A DNA stretch of 64,000 bases from an uncultured Candidatus Rokubacteria bacterium (GCA_963754315.1 CAVWFS010000005.1:32001-96000); one strand, 5' to 3'; numbered from the stretch's first letter, positions 1 to 12,689 are shown. Numbers and translations are program-made. The notes: generated by a model from the sequence alone, not told the origin.

Positions 1-23
1 CATCGTCACGATGTCTATGTTGG

Positions 24-1314
24 CTATCCGTCCAGCATCGGCATCTTCGCGCGGGCCGCGGGAGGCGCCGGCGGGCGGGCGAGGAGGGCGGCAGGCACGG
101 CAAGCGCGGCGAGGGCCGCGAAGCACAGGAGCGAGAGGTCGTAGCTGCCGCTGCGGTCGCGCAGCACGCCCGAGAGAAGCGGGCCCGCCGCCTGCGCCAG
201 GACTTGGATGGCGAGAGCGATGCCACGGATGGCGCCAAAGCTTCGCCGGCCGAAGAGGTCGGCCCAGGCGACCGGCAGCAGGGTGAACATGCCGCCGAGG
301 CCAAGCCCGAACATGGCGGCCGAAAGGTATGCGAGGAACGGGCCTGCGATCTGGCTCATCGCCAGGGCACTGGCGGCCACCAGCGCTGCGGCGACCGCGA
401 GGCGCACACCGAGCAGCACCCGCCGGCCGATGAAGCCGACGCTGAAACCCGCCAGCGCCGACATCGCGGAGAAGGTGCTGACCACCGTCGCGGCCACGGT
501 CGAATCGAGGCCGCGCTCGATCAGGTTCGGCGCCTGGTGCAGGCTGACGCCAGCCTGCACCGGCCAGATCAAAAGGCCGTAGAGCGAAAGGAACCAGAAG
601 GCCGGTGTTCGGACCGCCTGCGCCCGGGTGAAGACGGGTTCCGGGACAGGCGGCGCCAGGCCGCCTGCGGGCGCCGTTACCGGGTCCGGCGCGAGACCGA
701 GATCCTCTGGTCGTCGTGCCAGCAGTAGCCAGACCGGGAGGAAGCCGACGATCGCCACGATGAGACCGACGGCCAGCCAGCCAGCGCGCCAGCCGCCACG
801 CAGCATGGCGAGCTGCGCCACCAGCGGCAGGATCACGAGCCCCGACATCTGCGCCAAGGTGGCGATCGAGGTCGCCTGCGACCGCCGCGCGACGAACCAG
901 CTCGCGAGCGCGCCGTAGATGCCGAGGTCAAAGGGCCCGGCGAAGTTCGTCCGGCCGATGCAAAACAGCACGTAGAAGAGGGCCAGCGAGCCGACGAGCG
1001 ACAGTCCCATCGCCGCGGCGGCTGTCGACAGGACGGCCAGGCTCAGGATCACCCGCGCGCCGCGCCGGTCCAGCACCGGGCCGAGGAACGGCGACGGCGA
1101 TCGCCGCCAGGATCCCGCCCAGCGACACCGCCCCCGAGATCGCCGTCCGCGACCAGCCGAACTCCCCGATCATCGGGGCGACGAAGATGGACAGCACGGC
1201 CACCGATGACGCCTGCCGGGCGAAGCCCGCGCAGCACACGCAGGCCAGGATGACCCACCCGTAGTAAAACGGCAGGTGTCGGACCAGGAGACTCGGCAGT
1301 CGCTGGATGCTCAA
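24..1314 (-). CDS. MFS transporter (one frameshift near 1090)
   Basis: ORF 928..1602 carries the N-terminus (FYYGWVILACVCC...FGWSRTAISGAVS). ORF 24..1076 carries the rest (LDRRGAR motif A-like, DLFGRRSFGAIRG). Many TM helices. Start taken at TTG 1314. Confidence 0.85.
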
Positions 1315-1358
1315 GTTCCAATCGAAGGCCGGACCGGCGCCTCCTCGCGCCGCCCGTG

Positions 1359-1562
1359 TTACGTGGGTCGATTCCGCAACCGGAAGACGCCGAGGTGAAA
1401 GAGCAGATAGCTCAAGAGCAGCAGCGCCCACCAGGGCAGCGTCGGCACCGCGGGGAGCGTCACCGCGCCGGAATACCCGAGCACGCCGATCGCGCCGGCG
1501 GCAAGCAGCCCCGTCGCGCAGCAACGCCACGTCACGCGCACCCACCACGGCCGATTCAACAC
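1359..1562 (-). CDS. small hypothetical membrane protein
   Basis: 67 aa ORF with two hydrophobic segments and a purine-rich RBS (GAGAGGGAGG) upstream. Confidence 0.45.
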   Translation of the reverse strand: MLNRPWWVRVTWRCCATGLLAAGAIGVLGYSGAVTLPAVPTLPWWALLLLSYLLFHLGVFRLRNRPT

Positions 1563-1758
1563 GCGGCCTCCCTCTCAAAGCGGGACACCTGGCACAGCGC
1601 ATCGCGGCCGTCGCCTGCCGCCGAGTGGGGAGTATAGCCGGTCGGGCGCTCAGGTCACGCGACGAAGTCGTCAGACGACAAAAGCTCCCTCATCGCCCCG
1701 GCACCCGGTCGTACACTGGGTCGAGCGCGGAAGAAAAGCGCCTGCGCCGGAGAGTGGA

Positions 1759-3278
1759 ATGCGCGATCGGCTCACGGACACTGCGAAGGATCTCGAATCT
1801 CCGTTCCTCGATGAAGAAATCCTGACGGCTGAACCTCACCATGATGCGGAGCCCAGGGTGGCGAGGCTCGCCGAGCATAGTCCGTTCGAGGAGCTGCTGT
1901 TCTTCCCGGGCGGCAGAGCGACGCCGGGGTCGGGAGGCGGCGGCACGCCAGTGCTCAGCCGGCCCGATTTCTGGCCGGACGTGGTGTACATCGCCAAGGG
2001 GGGGGATGACTTTCTCAGCTCCGCGCGAGCGTTCCACACGATGTGGGGCTTCACGCCCGTGGAGTTCGAGAGCCTCGAAGGCCTCATCGGGCTGATCGCG
2101 AAAGCGAAGAATCTCGGGCCAGCGAATTCGGGTGATCAGCCACGCGTGGGACGGCTTCAACATCCCGCTCTTCAAGGGGTCGCCGGCGGGGTTCACCATC
2201 ACGCAAAGGCAGATCGAGGCGGTGAACGCAGGCGACGGTGCGCTGATGGATGCGTTGCTGGGAAAGCTGGTCGATCTGGATGCCACCACCAATCAGGGTC
2301 AGACTGCCTGGACCGCGCTGCTGGTCCATCTTGAATCGAGCGCTCCGGACGCGCTGAAACCCTTCGGCCTGAGTTCCGGGACCAAGCCCACCGGCGACCT
2401 GGAGCTCCTGCTGCGCCGGTGCGCGGATCTCGTCGCCGTGGCATCGGCCGACCCGGCATTCAAGAACGCCGTCCGCAAATCGATCGCCGCCGCCGTCGCG
2501 CGGCTGAAACGGACCAACCCCGAAGCGAACGCGCTCGAGACCGCGGTGACATCAAGCGGGTTTACGTTCACCATGAGCGCGGCCACGTCCGATATGGTGA
2601 AGCGCTTGCGGGCAGCGGTAGACGCTCTGGATCGCCGGGCATTTCGCAAGACCCTGAAGGATGCCCGGGCGAAGCTCGCGGGCACATGGCTCGATTTTCG
2701 CGGCTGCCGGATCGGGCATCAGCCGACGTATCTCGAGGCATTGGCGAAGCTCATGGGTACGGACGGATGCACGGCGCCCGATTGGTGGTCGGGGTACCCC
2801 GGCGAAGTTCCTATCCGCGACCAGCAGGTCGGATCCGCAGACGCCTTCAAGAGTATCGTCAAGGCCTCGAAGGCCGCCGAGGCAGCGATGAATCGCTGGG
2901 GAACGCTCGCCATAGCGGGATGGAGCGGAGTCGCCGCCGCCGACCGGCCCGTGCGCTTCTTCGCCGATGTCCTGGCGAAGGGCGAAGTCTTTCCCGTCTA
3001 CGAGGTCGATCATTCGGGCGCGACGCTGAAACAGAAACACACGCTCTTCTGGAACAGCGCCAAGAGCAAAGAGCGGTGGCTCGAGGCCATGTGGGATCGG
3101 GCGCCGAAAAAGCGGGTGCAGGCCATTGCCGAAGGCATGGAAGGGCAAGACGCCGCGAATGGCCACCTTGGCGAAGCATCTCAAGGCGGCGAATGGCTCA
3201 GGAGCGAATCCGCAGATGATCTTCGTGGCGCCCGAACCGGAGTTTCGCGACCACATCATCGAAGTCAAGAAGCCATAG
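1759..3278 (+). CDS. large hypothetical protein with acidic ESPF..SPF leader and DUF4347/caspase-like (clan CD) His-Cys signature; frameshifts near 2120 and 3130
   Basis: Joined frames: MRDRLTDTAKDLESPFLDEE...HSPFEE / RIRVISHAWDG...WLDFRGCRIG...CTAPD / ...EFRDHIIEVKKP* (TAG 3276-3278). Confidence 0.6.
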
Positions 3279-3345
3279 CGACAGCCTCCGCACGGCCGAA
3301 GGGCTACGATCTCCGAGTGTCTCGCCCCGACGGAGCCGCGGATCG

Positions 3346-4068
3346 ATGAGGGCGGAGTGGGTGGCCGCTGCCGTGGTCATGGCCTTTGCGAACTTCGTTC
3401 TCGGGCTGGTCGGGTTCGGTAACGGGCTCGTCGCCATGGCGCTCCTGCCGTTCCTGATCTCACCGGTGAAAGCGATCGCGGTGCTCACGATCTACACCAT
3501 CGTCTTCTCGATGGCGATCTTCCTGCCGCTACGCCAGCACCTGCTCCTGTCTCCCGTACTCGACATGCTCGCCGGCACCGTGCTGGGAACGCCCATCGGC
3601 GTGTGGGTCCTGAGCACGTTCCCGATCTCGACACTCAACCGCCTGATCGGCGGTACCTTGATCGTCGTCGTCGTGCTCGAGTGGACGCGGCTCCACCCCA
3701 GGCGACTACGCGGGCGCGGATGGCGTGTCGGCGCAGGAATGCTGGCGGGAGTGACGGGGGCTGCCGTCGGCACGCCAGGCCCACCCGTCATCCTCTACGC
3801 GACGACCCAGGGCTGGAGCCCGCGAACGATCAAGGCCAACCTCCAGGCGTTCTTCGTCGTGAACCAGGCGGTGATCCTGGTCGGCTATTGGTGGGCCGGC
3901 GTGCTCGACGGGGAGGTGTGGCGGCTCTCCGCCTCGTTCGCGCTGCCCGCCGCGGGCGGGACGGGACTCGGTATGCTGCTCTTCACCCGCGTCGATCCTG
4001 AGCGGTTCCGGCGGATGGTGTTCGGCGTCCTGCTGCTCGCCGGCCTCGTCCTGCTCGTGCGCGGCTGA
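3346..4068 (+). CDS. sulfite exporter TauE/SafE family membrane protein
   Basis: GLVGFGNGLVAMALL and GAAVGTPGPPVILY motifs; 240 aa, hydrophobic. Confidence 0.9.
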   Translation: MRAEWVAAAVVMAFANFVLGLVGFGNGLVAMALLPFLISPVKAIAVLTIYTIVFSMAIFLPLRQHLLLSPVLDMLAGTVLGTPIGVWVLSTFPISTLNRLIGGTLIVVVVLEWTRLHPRRLRGRGWRVGAGMLAGVTGAAVGTPGPPVILYATTQGWSPRTIKANLQAFFVVNQAVILVGYWWAGVLDGEVWRLSASFALPAAGGTGLGMLLFTRVDPERFRRMVFGVLLLAGLVLLVRG

Positions 4069-4131
4069 GCCCGCCCAAGGTTGGCGGCGTCGCGCGAAGC
4101 GTGAGAACGTCGAAGGAACGAGGGGCACCCC

Positions 4132-4300
4132 ATGGGGTTTACCGTCATCGACAGACGCCGGATCAGCTACCTTGCTCCTGGCCGTCGCCGCCGGCGGCTT
4201 GGGCAACGCGTGCTTTACATTCACGGCACCGGATGCAACGCCCGCGTGTGGCAACCGCACATGGCCGCGATCGCCGACGCCCATACGCCGGTGGCCATCC
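4132..4300 (+). pseudogene. 5' fragment of an alpha/beta hydrolase
   Basis: GQRVLYIHGTGCNARVWQPHM...TPVAI is a typical hydrolase N-terminus; it breaks off just before the usual DLPGHG motif. Confidence 0.7.
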
Positions 4301-4397
4301 ACGGCCCACCGCCAGCAGGCGCGCCTCGGTCTCCGGCGCGGCCACCCGGGTCAGCGCCCGGACCTTGGCGTAGGACAGCTCGCCGCTGGCCAGGGCC
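4301..4397 (-). pseudogene. internal fragment of a DUF222/HNH endonuclease (REP13E12-like) gene
   Basis: ALASGELSYAKVRALTRVAAPETEARLLAVGR resembles DUF222 proteins. Confidence 0.6.
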
Positions 4398-4716
4398 CAC
4401 GGGATCTTGCACGGCGCCGACGAGGCGGCGCGCGCGGCCTTCCAGAGGCGACGCACGCCGGGGATGCGGCGAACCTTGTGCGGAGTGAGCGTGGACACCG
4501 ATCGGTCGCTGGTAGCGTCGCCCGTGTACGAGCGACTGACGCTCTAGCGAGCCTCCAGCCTGCTCGACGGGTGAATGTGGACCTGCAGCGCTCCGTCCCA
4601 TGGATGTAGTTTCCTCATCACCTCCAACCCCCAGAGGGCGGTCCAGCCCCCCGCCCTCTGGGGCACCCCCTCTTGACCACCGACAGCGTGGCCGTGAAAT
4701 GACCCGGTGTGTCAGA
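4398..4716 (+). repeat. ~320 bp dispersed repeat, copy 1 (3' end of an hmgA-like gene plus a structured non-coding tail)
   Basis: Aligns to 13028..13347 with about 15 differences; weaker similarity continues at ~4779-4835 vs ~13376-13432. Confidence 0.95.
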
Positions 4717-4972
4717 TTGCGACTTGATGCAGGAAGGACGAGTACCGCGGACGCGTGTACGGCCGCAATATCTACCTCTATCCGGGCCCTTACGCGTGAT
4801 CGGTCTGAGGCTACGTCGAGAAAGTTGACACATCTGCCCGCCAGCTCTTAAGAAGCCGAACACGCCTGGATCATGTCTCAGCAAACTGCTGTCGTAGCAA
4901 CTTGATAGCCAGCAGGCCGAAGACGGCCAGGGTCAGTAACAACATCGGGCCACGCTGCGATCGCGGGAGCAT

Positions 4973-6614
4973 TTACCGATCCAGCCAGGCCGCCACCAGG
5001 CGCCCGCCGTAGTCGTAGCCGAGGTTCGGGCCATAGTTCTTGACGATGCCGTCCCACACGAAGATCGTGACTGGCGAGTAGATCTCGGCGATGTATTGCT
5101 GGACGGCCACGTGGCGCTGGATATCGTGGAGCAAGCGCCGTCGCACGGCGGGATCCTGCGTGCGCCGCTGGCGCACCAGCAGATCCGTGAGGGCTGGATC
5201 GTTGACCTTGGCCACATTGCGGGGGTGGCCAGGGTAGTAGTTGGTAAAGAGGTAGTTGTCGGGGTCGAGGAAGGGCGTGGTGGCGCCGTAGTACATGCCC
5301 TCGTAGTTGCCGGTCACCGTGGTCGCGATGTAGGCACCGTACTCCTTCTGGTTTAGCTTGGCCTCGATGCCCACCGCCTTCAGATCCTTGAGGATGAGCT
5401 GGATAGCATCGTCCATGAAGGTCGACCCGTAGTTGTTGAAGTCCATCACGGTCGCGAACCCGCGCGGGTGGCCGGCCTCGGCCAGGAGGCGCCGCGCCTC
5501 GGCGGGATCGTACCGGTATGAGCGGGCCCCCTCGCCGAGCTGGTCCACCGGGAGCGCCCAATCCCTGAGGGCCGCCGGCAGGGCCGCGTTCGTCCGGCCC
5601 ACACCGTCTGCCACCGCATCGATGAGCTCCTGGCGATTGATGGCTTGGGAAATCGCGCGGCGCACGCGCACGTCGGAGAACGGCGGCTTGTCGGTGCGCA
5701 TATAGACTTTGTACCCGACATTACTCGGATATTCGGCTGTCCTCAGAGTCGGGCGGTGCCGCTTGAGTTGATCCCTCACGGCGTTCCAGTCGGTACGATT
5801 GATGGCGCCCGCGCCTTCCCAGCCGAGGTCGTACTTGCCGGCCAGGAAAGCCGCCAGGCGCGAGGCATTGTCCTCGTCGATGGTGACCTCGATCAGGTCG
5901 ATGTGAGGCAGACCCGGGAGAAAATAGCCGGGGTGGCGGACCAGAGTGAAACCGACATTCGGCCGGTAGCTGTCGAGCATCCACGGCCCGGTGCCGACGG
6001 TGGCTTCGGCCTTCTTCAGGTCGCCGAACTTCTCCACGCACTCGCGGGCGATGATCGGCAAGGTCATCGGGTTGGCGATCATGTCGGGGAACCAGGCGAA
6101 CGGTTCCTTGACCGTAAACCTCACCGTGTAGCGGTCGAGAGCCTCAACCTTATCCACCGCAGCCAGCATGTATGCCTGAGGATTGCCCTTGACGGTGCGG
6201 AACCGCTCCACCGAGTAGAGGACGTCCTCCGCGGTCAGCTCGCGCCCGTTCACGGGGGGCTTGGGATGAAACCGCACGCCCTTCCTGAGCTTGAACACGT
6301 ACGTCGTCTCATCCGGCTGGTTCCACGACTCGGCGAGATCGCCCTCGAGCGAGAAGATCCCAGGCTGGATCGTCGGACCCGCCCGGTGCTTGAGCAATCG
6401 ACTGTGAGTGAATGTATAGGGAATCTGCGTCTTGAAAGCGAGGATGAGGTACGGATCCCCAGTGGGGCGGATCCCAGAGACGTACGGCAAGGGTCCCGCC
6501 TCGCTTCGGAGTCTGCGCCGCGGCCGTCGACGGGTTCAGGCCCGTGGACGTGGCGACGGCACCGATGGCCACGGCCGAGACTCCCTGTGCGAGGAACTGA
6601 CGGCGGTTGATCAT
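4973..6614 (-). CDS. family 5 ABC transporter substrate-binding protein with Tat signal (frameshift near 6460)
   Basis: MINRRQFLAQG...AAAQTPKRGGTL; DLAESW; FKLRKGVRFH; GTGPW; PPFSDVRVRRAI. Confidence 0.93.
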
Positions 6615-6653
6615 GCCGATTCCTCCTGTAGCCCGAGCGCGCTCGCGCCTCGG

Positions 6654-7633
<980 letters not shown>

Positions 7634-7637
<4 letters not shown>

Positions 7638-8535
7638 ACGCGGATCTCCATGGCGTCGCGGAGCCCGTCGGAGAGCAGGTTGAACGCCATCGACGTGAGG
7701 AAGATGGCGACGCCGGGGAGCGCCGGCACCCCGGCGTTCACGTAGATCGACTCGCGCAGCGTGTTGAGCATCAGGCCCCACTCGGCGGCCGGCGGCGTCA
7801 CGCCGAGGCCGAGGAAGGAGAGCCCGGCGGCCAGGATGATCGAGAGCGACACCTGCGTGCGACGAGAAGACGAGCACGGGCCCGAGCACGTTGGCGAGCA
7901 GGTGGTGGCGCATGATCGGCCACACGCCGCTGCCGCTCGCCCGCGCGGCGGCGACGAACTCGAGCGACTTGACCTGCACGGTCGCGGACTCCGCCACCCG
8001 GACGACGCGCGGGATGAAGACGACCGAGAGCGAGATCAGCGTGTTCGAGAGGCCGGGGCCGAGCGACGCCGGAGATCGCGATGGCGAGGAGCACGGCGGG
8101 GAACGCGTAGAACACGTCCATCGTGCGCATGATCGAGCGTGTTGCGTGAGCCCGCCCGACGTAGCCGGCGAGCACGCCGAGCGCGGTGCCGAGGACGAAC
8201 GCCACCACGGACCGGCGTGAGGCCCGCCAGGAGCGTCATGCGCCCGCCCCAGAGGAGGCGGCGTCAGCATGTCGCGGCCCTGCTCGTCGGTGCCGAGCGG
8301 ACGTGCGGGCGAGCCCACCGGCGCCAGGCGCAGGCGGATCGAGCCGGCGTGCGGATCGTGGGGCGCGAGCGACTGGCGCCAGGATCGCGGAGAGCGCGAT
8401 GAGGAGCAGCAGGGCGCCGGCGACGAGCGTCGTCGGGTCCCGCGCGCAGCCGCCAGGCGACGGTGCGCCAGTAGGACATCGGCGCGCCGGGGACAGTCGT
8501 CGGCCTCGCGCGGGGACGGGCGAGCGACGTCGCAT
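7634..8535 (-). CDS. peptide ABC transporter permease (OppC/DppC-like), frameshifted
   Basis: [47 protein letters not shown]. Confidence 0.88.
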
Positions 8536-9476
8536 CAGTGGCGGGCGATCCGCGGGTCGACGAGCGTCTGCGCGAGGTCGACCGCGAGGTTCAGGAGGAC
8601 GAAGAACGTCGCGAGCACCAGGATCACGCCCTGCAGCACGGGGAGGTCCCGCTGGAAGATCGCGAGGTTCATCAGGTAGCCGGTGCCAGGCCACGAGAAC
8701 ACGGTCTCCACCAGCACCGAGCCGCCGAGCTGGAACCCGAACTGCAGGCCGAGAACGGTGAGGATCTGCGGCGCCGCGTTCTTCACGACGTGCGCGAAGA
8801 CCGTCGCGCGGCCGCGAGGCCCTTGGCGCGCAGCGCGAGCACGAACTCCTGGGCGAGGATGTCGAGCGCCGCCGAGCGCACGACGCGCGGCGAGGACGCC
8901 GAGCGGGATCAGCGCGAGGGCGATGGTGGGCAGCGCCATGTGCCGGAGGTACTCGACGAGCCGCCCTCCGGCGACGCGCCCATGGCGGGCAGCCAGTTGA
9001 GCTGCACGGAGAAGACGATGATGAGGATGATGCCGGCCCAGTAGTGCGGCACGGACACGCCGACGATGGCGATGGCGCTCGCGAGCTTGTCGAGGACGCG
9101 CCCTTGCCGGAACGCGGCGAGCAGGCCCAGCGCGATGCCGAGCCCGAAGGCCAGGAGCGACGCCGACACGGCGAGGACGAGGCTGTTCTTGAGCGCGTCG
9201 CGACACGTCGAGGAGGACCGGGCGCCGAGTGGCAATGGACTTCCCCAGGTCGCCCTGGACGACGCGCCCGAGCCAGTGAAGGTACTGGACGGGCAGCGGC
9301 TGGTCGAAGCCGTACTGCGCCTGGCCGCCTCGATGTCGGTCCTGGCTCGCGTCGATCGGCATCACCGCCGAGAGGGGATCGCCCGGGGCGAGGTGCACCA
9401 TCGCGAAGACGATGATGCTCGCCCCCAGCAGGGTGGGGATCGCCAGGAGGAGCCGCCGCCCGACGTAGGCCCACAT
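8535..9476 (-). CDS. peptide ABC transporter permease (OppB/DppB-like), frameshifted
   Basis: MWAYVGRRLLLAIPTL, LAPGDP, GFDQPLPVQY, ETVFSWPGTG, RDLPVLQG, DPRI. Confidence 0.9.
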   Translation of the reverse strand: MWAYVGRRLLLAIPTLLGASIIVFAMVHLAPGDPLSAVMPIDASQDRHRGGQAQYGFDQPLPVQYLHWLGRVVQGDLGKSIATRRPVLLDVSRRAQEQPRPRRVGVAPGLRARHRAGPARRVPARARPRQARERHRHRRRVRAALLGRHHPHHRLLRAAQLAARHGRVAGGRLVEYLRHMALPTIALALIPLGVLAARRALGGARHPRPGVRARAARQGPRGRATVFAHVVKNAAPQILTVLGLQFGFQLGGSVLVETVFSWPGTGYLMNLAIFQRDLPVLQGVILVLATFFVLLNLAVDLAQTLVDPRIARH

Positions 9477-9494
9477 CGGCGGACGCTTCCGCCG

Positions 9495-11103
9495 CTACCT
9501 CCCGACGCTGACCGACGTGAGGTCCACGAACCAGGACTGCGGCGGCACGAAGCCCTTGACCTTGGCGCGAGAGCGCGCGGGGGTTCAGGTCGTGGACGAT
9601 GAAGATCCACGGCGCGTCGTCGACGATGATCTCGTGCAGCTTCGCAAGGATCTCGTTCTGCCTGGCCGATGTCGAACGTCTGCGCGGCCTCGTCGAGGAG
9701 CTTGTCCACCTCGGGGTTGATGTACGGCATCGTGTTCAACGAGACCGGCACCACCGACTTCGAATGGAAGAAGCGGCCGAAGCGCCGACCACGGCTCCTG
9801 AGAAGTTGAACGAGATGTTCCAGGCGTTCATGCCCTCGTTCTCCCCGCTTGAAGCCGACGCCGGAAGCGCTGGGTGAGGGCGTTCCACTCCACCGGCTGG
9901 AGGTCGATGTCGATCCCGACCTCCTTCAGGTTCTTCTGCACGAGCTCGTTCATGGCGAGCGGCAGCATCTGCCCCGATCCGGAGGTGGAGATGAGTGCGA
10001 CGGGCTTCACCGGCCTCTTGCGCCGTCGAAGCCGGCCTGCCGGAGGAGCTCCTTCGCCTTCGCCGGATTGTACTCGTACGTCTCCTTGGGGTTGCCGAAC
10101 CACGGGTGCCCCTTGTACGTGACGCCGGTGGCCGGGGTGCACGTGTCGTTCAGGAGGCTCTTGCAGATGCCGACGCGGTCGACGGCGTAGTTCGCCGCCT
10201 TCCGCACGAGCTTGTTGTTCCACGGCTCCTTGTCGAGCCGAAGCGTGTGCGTCCAGTTGTGGGGGTAGGTGTTCGTCACGATCTGGAACCCGGCGCCCTT
10301 GAGCTGCGGGATGGCGTCGGGCGGCGGCACCTCGATCCAGTCGACCTGCCCGCTGCGGAGCGCGGCCAGCCGCGTGGTGGGCTCCGGCATGGGGAGGAAG
10401 ACGACCTTGTCGACCTTCGGCCGGCGCTTGGGGTCCCAGTAGTCCTTGAAGGCCTCGAGCTCGAGGCGCTCGCGCGGCACGAGCTTCGTCAGAGCGGAAC
10501 GGACCCGTGCCTGACGGCTGCTCGGCGAACTTGCGCCAGTCGCGGACCTTTTGCCACTGGGTCGGCGACACAATCAGCATGTAGACAGACCTGGTAGGGG
10601 ACAAAGCTGGTGCGGGTTGTTGGTCTCGATCTCGACCGTGTAGTCGTCGAGCTTCCGGATCGCCTTGAGCGACGCGAGGCGGGGGGTCACCTGGGCGGAC
10701 CCGTACGTGTCGAAGTGGGGCGCGTGCCTGCTTCTTGATCGACTCCCACGTGAAGACGACCGCGTCGGCGTTGAACGGGCTGCCGTCGTGGAACTTCGAC
10801 GTTCCGGCGCAGCTTGAACATCCACTTCGTCGGCTGGTCCTTGCGGACCTCCCACGACTCGGCGAGCCCGGGAACGAGCGGCGCGGGAGCGGTCGCTCGC
10901 GCGTGAGGTCCCACGCGATGAGGGGCTCGTAGAGCTGATAGCCGACGAAGCGGAAGCCCTCGAAGCCGTTGTCGGGCTGGCCGCCGCTGTAGGGGATGTC
11001 GCTCGCGGTCATGCCGATCCGGAGCGTGCCCTGCGCGCCGGCGGCGCCGGCGAGAGCGACGAGCGAGACGAAGCACGTCGCCACGCGTGATGAAGCGTCT
11101 CAT
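9495..11103 (-). CDS. family 5 ABC transporter substrate-binding protein, frameshifted
   Basis: Signal peptide; [47 protein letters not shown]; ...SWFVDLTSV. Confidence 0.88.
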
Positions 11104-11139
11104 GATGTCCTCCTTATGGCGATCGCTGCGCCGATGAGA

Positions 11140-12145
11140 GTCACGACAGGGATGGGGCCGCCACCGCAGCGCGACGCCGAACCGCTCGGGCACCAGGTGA
11201 CAGCTCGCGACGTGGCCGTCGCGCACGGCGGTGGAGCGCGGGCAGCGTCGTCCGGCACTCGTCGCGCACGAGCCGGCAGCGTGGGCGAACGCGCAGCCCG
11301 GCGGCAGCGCGGCGAGGTTCGGGGGCGCCCTGGGATCGGCACGAGCGGAATGCCCTTCTGGCCCCGCCGCACCGTGGCCTGCATGAGGCCCTCGGTGTAC
11401 GGGTGCGCCGGGGCGCTGAAGAGCTCGCTGATCGGCGCCTGCTCGACGATGCGCCCGGCGTACATCACCGCGGCGTCGTCGGCGATCTCGGCGGCCACGC
11501 CGAGGTCGTGGGTCACGAAGACGACGGCGAGGCCGAGCCGGCGCTGGAGATCGCGGAGCAGCCAGAGGATCTGCGCCTGCACGGTGACGTCGAGCGCCGT
11601 GGTGGGCTCGTCGGCCAGGAGCAGCTCGGGCTCGCACGCGAGCGCGATGGCGATCATCCCCCGCTGCCGCATGCCGCCCGAGATCTCGTGCGGGTAGCTC
11701 CGCAGCATGCGTTCGGGCGCCGGCACCTGGACGAGATCGATCAGCTCCCGCGCGCGGCGGCGCGCGGCGGCGGGCGTCCAACCCGCGGTGACGAACGAGG
11801 GTCTCGACGATCTGGTCGCCGATCGTGTACACGGGATCGAGCGCGGTCATCGGCTCCTGGAAGACCATGGCCGCGACGCGCCCGCGGAGCGCCTGGCGCT
11901 GGCGCTCGTCGAGGCGGTTCACGTCGCGGTCCTTGAGCAGCACCTGGCCGCGAGATCCGCGTGTGTGACGGCGGGTGCAGGCCGAGGATGGAGCGCAGGG
12001 TGACGCTCTTGCCCGAGCCCGACTCGCCGAGGAGCGCGAGCACCAGGCCCTTATCGACGTCGAAGGTGACGCCGTTGAGCGCCCGCACAAGCCCGTCCCG
12101 CGTGTCGAACTCGACGCAAAGATCACGCACGCACAGCAACGACAT
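11140..12145 (-). CDS. peptide ABC transporter ATP-binding protein (OppD/DppD-like), frameshifted; 3' end approximate
   Basis: [55 protein letters not shown]. Confidence 0.9.
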
Positions 12146-12281
12146 GGCCCTTCGCCTCTCGATCGCGGTCAGCGAGGACGGCGCGGGGATGATAGCACGG
12201 GCGCGCGGGCGGCGAGGAAGGCCGTCAGGACCTCACGTCAGTGGTATCCCCATTGCACGGCCACAATCTCGGGGGGTGCAT

Positions 12282-12689
12282 ATGGCTTCCATTCGCAGGG
12301 AAATTCTGGTCGAGGCCCGACCCGAGCGCGTGTGGGCGGCCGTTCGTGACGTCGGCGCGTTGCATCAGCGACTGGTGCCGGGATTTGTCGTCGACACCCG
12401 CCTCGAGACCGGGGCCAGAGTGGTCACCTTCGGGAACGGGATGGTGGTACGCGAGCTCATCGTCGACCTCGACGACGAGGCACGCCGCCTCGCGTGGTCC
12501 GCGCGCGGGGGTCGGTTTACCCATCACAACGCGTCCGTCCAGGTCCTGGCCGACGGCGAGGGACGCAGCCGCCTCATCTGGATCGCGGATCTGCTGCCCG
12601 ATGAGCTGGCCGCCGACATTCGCGCCATGATGGACCAGGCGGTCGCGGTCATGAAGCCCACCCTGGAGGAGCACGCGGGGAAGACCTGA
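12282..12689 (+). CDS. SRPBCC (polyketide cyclase/dehydrase) family protein
   Basis: MASIRREI...VWAAVRDVGALHQRLVPGFVVD...RVVTFGNG...HHNASVQV. Confidence 0.88.
   Translation: MASIRREILVEARPERVWAAVRDVGALHQRLVPGFVVDTRLETGARVVTFGNGMVVRELIVDLDDEARRLAWSARGGRFTHHNASVQVLADGEGRSRLIWIADLLPDELAADIRAMMDQAVAVMKPTLEEHAGKT

Noticed and set aside
1590..1606. sigma54 promoter TGGCACAGCGCATCGC
   Set aside because: The GG to GC spacing is 11, not the required 10.
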